64,000 nucleotides of DNA. It comes from Gemmatimonadales bacterium. Lineage in GTDB: Bacteria > Gemmatimonadota > Gemmatimonadetes > Gemmatimonadales > GWC2-71-9. Where the stretch lies: contig DASTBA010000101.1 in NCBI GenBank assembly GCA_035712285.1, forward strand, positions 3,686-67,685, in the 5' to 3' direction. This document shows, in pieces, positions 19,976 through 28,610 of this stretch; position 1 is the stretch's first letter; every line of letters starts with the position of its first letter. The translations under genes and the position numbers were made by a program. Below the pieces are notes generated by a model, which worked only from the letters and a program-made list of their open reading frames with translations, ran no database searches and was not told the origin of the DNA.

Positions 19976-21271
19976 ATGAGCACGACACGAATCGGCGAAC
20001 TCGGCGCCCAGGTGGGCCGGCAGGTGACCATCCAGGGATGGGTGGTGACCACCCGCTCCAGCGGCAAGATCGCGTTCGTGGTCATTCGCGACGGCTCCGG
20101 TGTGGTGCAGGGCATCGTATCCCGCAAGGAAGTGGACGAGGCCACGTGGGAGCGCTTCGGTGCGCTGACCCATGAGACGTCGGTCTCGCTGACCGGGGAG
20201 GTACGGCCCGATGCCCGCTCACCCGGGGGCGTCGAGCTTGGCGTCGCGAGGATCGAGATCATCGGGGCCAGTCCGGACTTTCCCATCTCTCCCAAGGAGC
20301 ATGGGACGACTTTCCTCTTCGAACATAGACATCTCTGGCTCCGGAGCCACCGCCAGACCGCCATCATGCGGGTGCGGCACGAGCTGATCCAGGGCATCCG
20401 GGACTTCTTCCATCAGCGGGGCTTCACCCTGGTGGACACCCCGATCCTGACCGGTGCCATCGGCGAGGAAGCGGGGAATCTCTTCGCCACCGAGTACTTC
20501 GACCTGGGCACGGCCTACCTGGCCCAGACCGGCCAGCTGTATGTGGAGGCGGCCGCGGCCGCGCTGGGGCGGGTGTACTGCTTCGGTCCCACGTTCCGGG
20601 CCGAGAAGAGCAAGACCCGCCGGCACCTCACCGAGTTCTGGATGGTCGAGCCGGAGGTGGCGTTCAACGACTCCGACGCCAACATGCGCCTGCAGGAAGA
20701 GTTCGTGAGTTACCTGGTTGCACGCATCCTGGAGACGCGGTCGGCGGAGCTCGCCGAACTGGAGCGGGACACGGCGCCGCTGGAGCGGGTCAAGGCACCG
20801 TTCGACCGCATTTCATACAGCGATGCCATCGTGCGCCTGAATGCGCTCGGGTCGGACATCACGTGGGGAAGTGACCTGGGCGGCGACGACGAGACGCTGC
20901 TGGCGAAGGAGCATGACCGGCCGCTGTTCGTCTTCAACTATCCGCGTGAGGTGAAGGCCTTCTACATGAAGGAGAACCCGGCCGACCCGCGGACGGTGCT
21001 CAACAACGACTGCCTGGCGCCGGAAGGATACGGGGAGATCATCGGCGGCTCCCAGCGCGAGGACGATCATGACCGGCTGCTGGCGCGGATCCAGGCGCAG
21101 GGGCTCGACCCGGCGGCATACGGCTGGTATCTCGACCTGCGCAAGTACGGCACCTTCGTGCATTCCGGCTTCGGGCTGGGCGTCGAGCGAACGCTGGCGT
21201 GGATCTGCGGCCTTCCCCATATCCGGGAGGCCATCGCCTTCCCGCGGCAGATTCACCGCCTCTATCCCTGA
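19976..21271 (+). CDS. asnS: asparagine--tRNA ligase
   Basis: 431 aa class IIb aaRS with an OB-fold N-terminus and AsnRS-like motif 2 (FRAEKSKTRRHLTEFWMVEPE). Confidence 0.9.
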   Translation: MSTTRIGELGAQVGRQVTIQGWVVTTRSSGKIAFVVIRDGSGVVQGIVSRKEVDEATWERFGALTHETSVSLTGEVRPDARSPGGVELGVARIEIIGASPDFPISPKEHGTTFLFEHRHLWLRSHRQTAIMRVRHELIQGIRDFFHQRGFTLVDTPILTGAIGEEAGNLFATEYFDLGTAYLAQTGQLYVEAAAAALGRVYCFGPTFRAEKSKTRRHLTEFWMVEPEVAFNDSDANMRLQEEFVSYLVARILETRSAELAELERDTAPLERVKAPFDRISYSDAIVRLNALGSDITWGSDLGGDDETLLAKEHDRPLFVFNYPREVKAFYMKENPADPRTVLNNDCLAPEGYGEIIGGSQREDDHDRLLARIQAQGLDPAAYGWYLDLRKYGTFVHSGFGLGVERTLAWICGLPHIREAIAFPRQIHRLYP

Positions 21272-22008
21272 GCGGCCTTCACCTCGTCCCACAGCAGGTC
21301 CAGCGCCTCGAGTCCCGCTGTCTCCATCGGGATTCCCCGTTCCCGGGCGAGCGCTTCCACGGCCTGAAAGCGGCGCTGGAACTTCCGGTTGGCGCGGTCC
21401 AGCGCGGCGCCGGGCTGGACCCCCGCCTTGCGGGCGAGATTGACCACGGCGAACAGCAGGTCACCTAGCTCATCGGTGAGCCGGTCGGCGTCACCGCCAG
21501 GCAGTTCCTCCTCGAACTCGGCGATCTCCTCCCGTACCTTCGCCAGCGGCCCCTCCGCGTCGGGCCAGTCGAACCCCACCGAGGCAACCCGTTCCTGCAG
21601 GCGAAACGCCATGAGGAGGTCGGGCAGGGTGGCCGGCAGGCCATCCAGGACACCACCTCGCTTTTCACGGCGCTTGAGCAGTTCCCACGGCTCTCGCGGG
21701 CCCAGGTCGAACAGGTGCGGGTGCCGCCGTTCCATCTTGCGCACCACCCGCGTCGCCAATTCATCGGCTGACCCGCTGCCTTCCTCCTCCGACAGCACCA
21801 GCTGCCAGGCGAGATGCAGCATGAAATCGCCGAGCTCCTCGCGGACGGCCTCGCGGTCGCCGTGGGCGACGGCCTGGTCGAGCTCGAGCACCTCCTCGAC
21901 GAGATAGGGGCGGAGCGTCTCCCGCGTCTGCACCCGGTCCCAGGGGCAGCGCACGCGCAAGTCCTTCACCAGGTCCATGACCCGCTCAAGGGGCGGTTTG
22001 TCTTGCAT
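21262..22008 (-). CDS. mazG: nucleoside triphosphate pyrophosphohydrolase MazG
   Basis: Tandem MazG domains (EEVLELDQAV...ELGDFMLHL; EEIAEFEEEL...ELGDLLFAVVNLAR). Start taken at MQDKPPLERV (22008). Its 3' end overlaps the asnS 3' end by 10 nt. Confidence 0.85.
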   Translation of the reverse strand: MQDKPPLERVMDLVKDLRVRCPWDRVQTRETLRPYLVEEVLELDQAVAHGDREAVREELGDFMLHLAWQLVLSEEEGSGSADELATRVVRKMERRHPHLFDLGPREPWELLKRREKRGGVLDGLPATLPDLLMAFRLQERVASVGFDWPDAEGPLAKVREEIAEFEEELPGGDADRLTDELGDLLFAVVNLARKAGVQPGAALDRANRKFQRRFQAVEALARERGIPMETAGLEALDLLWDEVKAAQG

Positions 22009-22042
22009 GGGCTCTCCGCTGGCCAATATCATTCGCGCCGTC

Positions 22043-23125
22043 ATGACTGCTTCGCCGATCTCCGCCGATCGTTCCCGCGCGTGGGTGGACGTGGATCTCG
22101 GTGCCGTGGTGCGCAATGCCCGGCGCATCGAGGCCCGGGCCGGGTCCCGCCTGTTGCCGATGCTCAAAGCTAACGGCTACGGTCTCGGCGCCGTGCCGGT
22201 GGCCCGGCGGCTCGAGGCGCTGGACCCCTGGGGCTACGGCGTGGCCACGGTCGAGGAGGGGCGCGAACTCCGCGACGCCGGCATCACGCGGCGCATCCTC
22301 GTGTGCACGCCGCTCCTGGCGCGCTGGATTCCGGCGCTGCTGGAGGCCCGGCTCACGCCGATCGTGGATGATCGGGCGGCGCTGGAAGCCTGGCTTGCCG
22401 CCGCCGGTGGTGCGGCGTTCCATGTGGGCGTGGACACCGGCATGGCCCGGGGCGGCTTCCAGGACACAAGCCCGGACGTGCTGGCCGAGCTCCGCGGCCG
22501 CCTGGCCGCGGCTGCAGGCTACGAGGGGATCTGCACCCATTTTCACTCGGCTGACGAGTCCCTGGACTCCGCTGACCGCCAATGGCGGCGGTTCGAGGAG
22601 ATGATACGGGTGCTGGGGCGCCCGTCTCTGGTGCATGCGGCGAACAGTGCGGCGGCCCTTCGGGGGCCGCGATTCGCGGGCGACATGGTCCGGCCCGGCA
22701 TATTTCTCTATGGTGGCCGGGCAGGCGGCGAGGAGCCCGAGCCGGTCGCGCAGTTCCGGGCCCGGGTCGTGGCCGTCGAATCCCTCGCGGCAGGGAAGAC
22801 GGTGAGCTATGGTGCCAGCTGGCGGGCGCCGGCCCCGGTGCGGATTGCCACCATTGCGGCCGGGTATGCCGACGGCCTGCCGCGCTCACTCGCTCCGGCC
22901 GGCTGTGTCGAGCTCGACGGGCAGCGCGCCCCGATCCGGGGCCGGATCACCATGGACATGATCATGGCCGAAGTACCGGGAGATGTCCGGACCGATGATG
23001 TCGCCACCTTGTGGGGTGGCATCGTGACGCTGGATGAGCAGGCTCGGCTCGCCGGCACCATCTCGTACGAACTGCTGACCGCTCTCGGGCCCAGGGTCGG
23101 GCGGCGATATGGAGGATCGGCATGA
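22043..23125 (+). CDS. alr: alanine racemase
   Basis: PLP-binding LLPMLKANGYGLG, an AWVDVDLGAVVRNAR N-terminus and C-terminal ISYELLTALGPRV. Start taken at ATG 22043. Confidence 0.9.
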   Translation: MTASPISADRSRAWVDVDLGAVVRNARRIEARAGSRLLPMLKANGYGLGAVPVARRLEALDPWGYGVATVEEGRELRDAGITRRILVCTPLLARWIPALLEARLTPIVDDRAALEAWLAAAGGAAFHVGVDTGMARGGFQDTSPDVLAELRGRLAAAAGYEGICTHFHSADESLDSADRQWRRFEEMIRVLGRPSLVHAANSAAALRGPRFAGDMVRPGIFLYGGRAGGEEPEPVAQFRARVVAVESLAAGKTVSYGASWRAPAPVRIATIAAGYADGLPRSLAPAGCVELDGQRAPIRGRITMDMIMAEVPGDVRTDDVATLWGGIVTLDEQARLAGTISYELLTALGPRVGRRYGGSA

Positions 23126-24285
23126 CGCGACGGGCGGCCATCATCGTGCTGGACGGACTGGGCATCGGCCCCGCGCCCGACACCGCGGCGTACGGCGATC
23201 AGGGCAGCGATACCCTGGGCAACGTGCTGCGCGATGCGCGGCTGGACCTGCCGCACCTCACCGCACTGGGCCTCGGCCGGTGCGCGCCACTCAACAACAT
23301 TCCCCCGGTGCCGGCGCCCACGGCGGCGTGGGGCACGGCCGAGCCTGCCAGCTCGGGCAAGGACAGCACCACCGGACACTGGGAAATCTGTGGGGTGATC
23401 CTGGAACGGCCGTTCCCGACGTACCCCAAGGGATTTCCGCGCGCAGTCATCGAGGAATTCTCCCGGCGTACCGGACGCGGTGTCCTGGGCAACAAGGCGG
23501 CATCGGGCACCACCATCCTGGCCGAACTCGGCGCCGAGCATGTGCGAAGCGGCAGCTGGATCGTGTACACGTCGGCGGACAGCGTGTTTCAGGTCGCCGC
23601 GCACGAGGAGGTGGTGCCGCTGGATGAACTGTATGCCGCCTGCCGGAGCGCCCGGGAGATGCTGCGCGGGGAGCATGGTGTGTCGCGGGTGATCGCGCGG
23701 CCGTTCACCGGCGGGGAAGGGGCGTGGACGCGTACGGCGGGCCGGCGGGACTTCAGCCTCGAGCCGGCTGGCGATACCCTGCTGGACCGGCTGGCCTCCC
23801 GCGGCATTCCGCGCCTGGGCGTGGGCAAGGTGGACGATCTCTTCGCCGGGAGGAACATCGTCTCGACCCACACGCCGACCAACGAAGCGGCGTATGCGCT
23901 GATCGAATCCGGGCTGGAGACGATGGACGCGGGGCTGCTGTTCGCGAACGTGATCGAGTTCGACCAGTCGTGGGGACACCGGAATGATGTAGAGGGGTTC
24001 CGCCGCGGACTGCTGGAGCTGGACGCCGCGATGCCCCGTCTCCTCAAGCACCTCCGGGACGAGGACCTCGTTATCTTTACCGCCGATCACGGCAACGACC
24101 CCACGACGGCATCCACGGATCACTCCCGCGAGGCCGTACCGCTGCTCGCCACCGGCCCGCGGGTGCGGCCGGTGGGGCTGGGGCGGCGGCCGACCTTCGC
24201 CGACATCGGGCAGACGGTGGCCGAGTTCCTCGGCGCCGGCCCGATTGCGGCGGGCACATCCTTCTTGAACGAGGTCTGGACGTGA
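23122..24285 (+). CDS. deoB: phosphopentomutase
   Basis: 387 aa. N-terminal IIVLDGLGIG, metal-binding region FTADHGNDPT. ATGA overlap with alr. Confidence 0.9.
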   Translation: MTRRAAIIVLDGLGIGPAPDTAAYGDQGSDTLGNVLRDARLDLPHLTALGLGRCAPLNNIPPVPAPTAAWGTAEPASSGKDSTTGHWEICGVILERPFPTYPKGFPRAVIEEFSRRTGRGVLGNKAASGTTILAELGAEHVRSGSWIVYTSADSVFQVAAHEEVVPLDELYAACRSAREMLRGEHGVSRVIARPFTGGEGAWTRTAGRRDFSLEPAGDTLLDRLASRGIPRLGVGKVDDLFAGRNIVSTHTPTNEAAYALIESGLETMDAGLLFANVIEFDQSWGHRNDVEGFRRGLLELDAAMPRLLKHLRDEDLVIFTADHGNDPTTASTDHSREAVPLLATGPRVRPVGLGRRPTFADIGQTVAEFLGAGPIAAGTSFLNEVWT

Positions 24286-24668
24286 CGGACACGCTGGAGG
24301 CGGCAGCGCGGCAGGCACAGAAGCGTGCGTACGCTCCGTACTCGCACTTTCACGTCGGGGCGGCCCTGGAGGCAGAGGACGGGAGCCAGTTCGCCGGCTG
24401 CAACGTCGAGAATGCCTCGTACGGGCTCACGATCTGCGCCGAGCGCGGGGCCATTGCGGCAGCGGTTGCGCACGGTGCCCGGAAGTTCCGGCGGGCGGTC
24501 GTGGTGAGCGACGTGGACCCACCCGCGGCGCCTTGCGGTGCCTGCCGTCAGGTGCTGGCCGAATTCGGGCTGGACCTGGTGGTGGAGGGAGTGGGCCGTA
24601 CGACCCGTCAGCAATGGACGATGCGCCAGTTGCTCCCGGCGGCATTCGGCCCGGAGTCACTCGCATGA
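24282..24668 (+). CDS. cdd: cytidine deaminase
   Basis: 128 aa with zinc motifs CAERGAI and PCGACRQVLAEF. Confidence 0.9.
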   Translation: MTDTLEAAARQAQKRAYAPYSHFHVGAALEAEDGSQFAGCNVENASYGLTICAERGAIAAAVAHGARKFRRAVVVSDVDPPAAPCGACRQVLAEFGLDLVVEGVGRTTRQQWTMRQLLPAAFGPESLA

Positions 24669-25864
24669 GGATCTGGCTTGCCGCCGGGGCATTGCTCGCC
24701 GTCGTGGCCTGCAGCGAGAAGCTGACGACACCGGGTGACTGCCCGGGCAACTGCCCGGCCGATCACCTGATCGTGCGGGACACCGTCATTGCCGCGGAGC
24801 TCGACAGCACCTATACCGGTTTTGTCTCGGCCCCGGAGGGCATCCGGCTCCTTCTTTCCGACGGATTCAATGGCGGGACGTCCATCGGCGTGGCGCGCTT
24901 TGCGCAGGTGGCGGATTCCATCTTGTATCTGGATACGCTGCGGGCCGCGACCCTGGACTCGGCAGCGCTCACGCTGCAAGTCACGGCCCGGGACCCAGCG
25001 GCAGCAGGCCTTGCCATCGAGATCTACCGGCTGCCGTCCACCCTGACCCTCGATTCGACGGCCGGCTATGCGGATGCCGCGCCGTTTCTCACCAGTGACC
25101 GGCTGATCGGGACGTTTGCCGTGCCGGATTCGCTCAGGAATGGCACCGTCCGCGTGCTCTTCACCGGGGCGGACCTGGCCAAGCTGGCGTTCGCGCCCGG
25201 GGACAGCAACACGCTGAAGGTCGCCTACCGGCTGGTGGCCCCGGTGCCGACCGGGGTGTCGGTGGGCGCCTCGGCGAGCGGCATCACGGCGCCCGGATTC
25301 TTCAATTACCTTCGCCTGGCCCTGCCTGACACCACGATCTTCAACAGCCTGCCCCGCATCGTGCTCTTCAACTCGACGCTGTCCGATGCGCCGGCGGGGC
25401 CACCACCGCCAGACCTGCTGACCGCCGGGGGGGCGCCATCGTCGCGCGCCATCATCCGCTTCACGCTGCCACCGCAGATCAGGGACACCGCGCAGATCAT
25501 CCGGGCCACCTTGATGCTGGTGCCGGCGGAGCCGTTGCTGGCCTTGCCGGGGGACTCGGCGCAGCTCGACGTCGAGGGCGTGTTCACCGATCTGGGTCCC
25601 AAGTCGCCCCGTATCGAGAGCTCCCCCGCGCTGATCGCGACCCACGTCATCGAGGCGGGCACGACCGACACCGTGGGGTTCGACGTCACCGCCGTGGCGC
25701 GCCTCTGGGGGGGGACGTCGGCCGCGCCATCGGTCCTGACGCTGGCACTGAGCCCCGAGGCGTCCACCTTCGGGTTCGCCCGCTTCGGATCCAGCCGGTC
25801 GGCCGGCGCGAAGCCTGCGCTCCGGATCACCTACGCCCTGCCATATCCCTTCGAGGTCCAGTAA
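24665..25864 (+). CDS. hypothetical lipoprotein
   Basis: Lipobox LLAVVAC at the start (MRIWLAAGALLAVVACSEK). 399 aa, Thr/Ser/Ala-rich and beta-rich. ATGA overlap with cdd. No family recognised. Confidence 0.55.
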   Translation: MRIWLAAGALLAVVACSEKLTTPGDCPGNCPADHLIVRDTVIAAELDSTYTGFVSAPEGIRLLLSDGFNGGTSIGVARFAQVADSILYLDTLRAATLDSAALTLQVTARDPAAAGLAIEIYRLPSTLTLDSTAGYADAAPFLTSDRLIGTFAVPDSLRNGTVRVLFTGADLAKLAFAPGDSNTLKVAYRLVAPVPTGVSVGASASGITAPGFFNYLRLALPDTTIFNSLPRIVLFNSTLSDAPAGPPPPDLLTAGGAPSSRAIIRFTLPPQIRDTAQIIRATLMLVPAEPLLALPGDSAQLDVEGVFTDLGPKSPRIESSPALIATHVIEAGTTDTVGFDVTAVARLWGGTSAAPSVLTLALSPEASTFGFARFGSSRSAGAKPALRITYALPYPFEVQ

Positions 25865-27016
25865 GTGCGCCGCCTCCTGTGGCTTCCGCTGCTCGTGCTG
25901 CCGGCGGCCCTGCCGGCCCAGTCGTCGCAGTTCGGCGTGAACGGCCTTGGCCTGATCACGCGCCAGCTGTCGGTGCGGGCCATCGGCACCGGTGGCGGCT
26001 TTGCCCTGTTCGATCCGGTGACGCCGATCAACCCGGCAGCCGTGAGCGAGTACGGCCGATTCAGTACCTCGTTCACCTCCTTGCAGAACTATCGTTCCTC
26101 CACCGGGCCCACGGAATCCGCCTCGGGCCGCGACACGCGCTTCCCGCTAGTGACCGTGGGCGGCACCATCCCCAGGTCCACCGTGGCGCTGGGCCTCTCG
26201 TTCGCGACCTACAGCGACCGGGACTTTTCCCTCTTTGCGCAGGACACCGTTGATTTGCGGGGGGTGCCGGTGGCGGTGCGTGACACGCTGACTTCGGCCG
26301 GCGGGATCAGCGACATCGGCCTGGCCGCGGCATGGCGGCATTCTGGCTGGGCCATCGGGGGCGGCCTCCACATCATCACCGGCAGTTCGCGGCTCTCGCT
26401 GCGTCGCACCTTTGGCGACACCCTGTACCAGCCGGTGTCCCAGCGAGCCGAGGTTTCCTATGCCGGCGCCGGGTTCTCTGCCGGCATCATGCGCCTCCTG
26501 GGCCGCCACGCGGCCGCGGCCGCCTATGTCCGCATGGACGGGCATGCGAGCATAGACCGGGACAGCGTGTCGGTCGGTCGCGTCAACCTCCCGGTCTCGT
26601 TCGGCGGCTCGCTCCGCTGGCGGCCCTCAGCTCGCCTCGATCTGGCCAGCACGGTGAGCACCACCCGATGGGGTTCCGCCGACGCGGATGTGCGCGCCCT
26701 GGGCGGTACCGGTGCGCGGAACATCGTGGATGCCTCGTTCGGCGGCGAATGGCTCCGCTCCGCCCGCGAGCCGGAGAACCGGCCGCTCCGGTTCGGGGCG
26801 CACTTCCGCACCCTGGCCTTTCCGGTGACTTCCGGCGTGCAGCCCAGGGAGATCGGCCTGTCGCTCGGATCGGGCGCCGTGCTGGCGCGCGAACGGGCCA
26901 CCACCACCCCGACCGCGCTGCTGGACGTGTCGCTCGAGCACGCGTGGCGCAGCGCCACCGGCGGGTATCGCGAGTCCGCCTGGCTTCTGGCATTCGGGGT
27001 GACCGTCCGGCCATGA
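25865..27016 (+). CDS. hypothetical outer-membrane beta-barrel candidate
   Basis: GTG start immediately after the lipoprotein stop. Signal peptide MRRLLWLPLLVLPAALPAQS. Alternating-hydrophobic strands run throughout. 383 aa. Confidence 0.5.
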   Translation: MRRLLWLPLLVLPAALPAQSSQFGVNGLGLITRQLSVRAIGTGGGFALFDPVTPINPAAVSEYGRFSTSFTSLQNYRSSTGPTESASGRDTRFPLVTVGGTIPRSTVALGLSFATYSDRDFSLFAQDTVDLRGVPVAVRDTLTSAGGISDIGLAAAWRHSGWAIGGGLHIITGSSRLSLRRTFGDTLYQPVSQRAEVSYAGAGFSAGIMRLLGRHAAAAAYVRMDGHASIDRDSVSVGRVNLPVSFGGSLRWRPSARLDLASTVSTTRWGSADADVRALGGTGARNIVDASFGGEWLRSAREPENRPLRFGAHFRTLAFPVTSGVQPREIGLSLGSGAVLARERATTTPTALLDVSLEHAWRSATGGYRESAWLLAFGVTVRP

Positions 27017-28329
27017 CCCGGCGCGTCTATATCGAGACCTACGGCTGCCAGATGAATGCGGCCGACACCGAGCTCATGTTCGGGGTTCTCGGGCGTGCCG
27101 GCTACGAGCGGAGCGATACGCCCGACGATGCCGACGTGATGCTGGTCAACACCTGCGCGGTGCGGGACAACGCCGAGCAGCGGGTGCTGGGCCGGGTGGG
27201 AGAACTGCAGCGCCACAAGCGGCCGGGCGACGTGCTCGGCGTGGTGGGTTGCATGGCGCAGCGCCTGGGTCCCGCGCTGCTCGAGCGGGCCCCCAAGGTG
27301 GATCTCGTGGCGGGACCGGATGTCTACCGCAGCCTGCCGGACCTTCTGAGTGAAAGTCTCGCCGGCGGCCGCCGTGCCGAGACCGGGTTCCGTTCCTGGG
27401 AGCACTACGAGGACGTGCCGGCCGTTCGCGAGCCGGGACCGGTCCAGTTCGTGACGGTCCAGCGGGGCTGCGATTTCCGGTGCACGTTCTGCATTGTTCC
27501 GTACACGCGCGGGCCGGAGCGCAGCCGCAAATTGGCGGATGTGGTGCGGGAGGTGCGCGACCTGGCCGGGCAGGGCACGAGCGAGGTGACCCTGCTCGGC
27601 CAGACGGTCAACAGCTACCACGATGGCGAGGCGGACTTCGCCGACCTGCTGAGGGCGGTGGGGGCGGTGGACGGGATCCGGCGGCTCCGGTTCACCAGTC
27701 CGTACCCGACCGAGTTCACCGACCGTGTGATCGAGGCCATGGCCATGACGCCGGCGGTGTGCGAGCATGTGCACCTGCCCTGCCAGAGCGGATCCAACGC
27801 CGTGCTCCGGCGCATGCTGCGGCGCTACACCCGCGAGCAGTATCTCGAGGTGGTGGGCCGGCTCCGGGCCGCCATTCCCGGCATCACGTTCTCGACCGAT
27901 ATCATCGTCGGCTTCCCCGGGGAGACCGCGGCCCAGTTCGCCGAGACGCTGTCGCTGGTGGCGGAGGCGGGCTTTGACGACGCCTACACCTTCAAGTACT
28001 CGCCGAGGGACGGCACGCCGGCCACGCGCATGCGGGAGGCGGTGGACGATGCCGAGGCGTCGGAGCGGCTCGCCCGGCTCATCGGCGTGGTGCGGGAGCA
28101 GGCGCGGGCGCGCAACCTGGCCCGCATCGGGACGGAGCATGAAGTGCTGGTGGAGCGCCCGGCGCGGCGGGGTGGGCAGATGCTGGGACGCACGCGCACC
28201 AATCTCATGGTGCTGCTGTCCCTCGGGCCCGGGGATGCCGGGCGATACCTGCCCGTGCGCCTCACGGGGTGCACCGGTTCGACATTTACGGGGACCATCC
28301 GGAGCGAGAGGGGGCTTGCGGTCCTGTGA
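27013..28329 (+). CDS. miaB: tRNA-2-methylthio-N6-dimethylallyladenosine synthase (MiaB)
   Basis: N-terminal YIETYGCQMN, radical-SAM CDFRCTFCIVP, and a TRAM C-terminus. ATGA overlap with the upstream gene. Confidence 0.92.
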   Translation: MTRRVYIETYGCQMNAADTELMFGVLGRAGYERSDTPDDADVMLVNTCAVRDNAEQRVLGRVGELQRHKRPGDVLGVVGCMAQRLGPALLERAPKVDLVAGPDVYRSLPDLLSESLAGGRRAETGFRSWEHYEDVPAVREPGPVQFVTVQRGCDFRCTFCIVPYTRGPERSRKLADVVREVRDLAGQGTSEVTLLGQTVNSYHDGEADFADLLRAVGAVDGIRRLRFTSPYPTEFTDRVIEAMAMTPAVCEHVHLPCQSGSNAVLRRMLRRYTREQYLEVVGRLRAAIPGITFSTDIIVGFPGETAAQFAETLSLVAEAGFDDAYTFKYSPRDGTPATRMREAVDDAEASERLARLIGVVREQARARNLARIGTEHEVLVERPARRGGQMLGRTRTNLMVLLSLGPGDAGRYLPVRLTGCTGSTFTGTIRSERGLAVL

Positions 28330-28337
28330 TCAAGAAC

Positions 28338-28610
28338 ATGGCGGAGGAACATGTCGAGGCCGCCTACGACGGCCTGCTGCCCCACTTCCCGGATTTCTGC
28401 GGCTGCGAAACCTGTCGTGGTGATGTGCTGATCTATGCCCTCAACCGCGTCCCGCCGCGCTACGTCAACACGCGGGAGGGAAGCGTGATGACTGCGATCG
28501 CCCTGGAGAAGGATCAGGCACGGGCCCAGATCGAGGTGATCGTGATGCAGGGATTCAAGAAGGTGGCTTCCGCGCCCCGCTGCGGGCGTGCACCGGCCCG
28601 GCCGGGGTGA
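28338..28610 (+). CDS. ComFB-family protein (late competence development protein ComFB-like)
   Basis: 90 aa. FCGCETCRGDVLIYALNRVPPRYV matches the ComFB Cys motif followed by LN-x-x-PP-x-Y. Confidence 0.75.
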   Translation: MAEEHVEAAYDGLLPHFPDFCGCETCRGDVLIYALNRVPPRYVNTREGSVMTAIALEKDQARAQIEVIVMQGFKKVASAPRCGRAPARPG

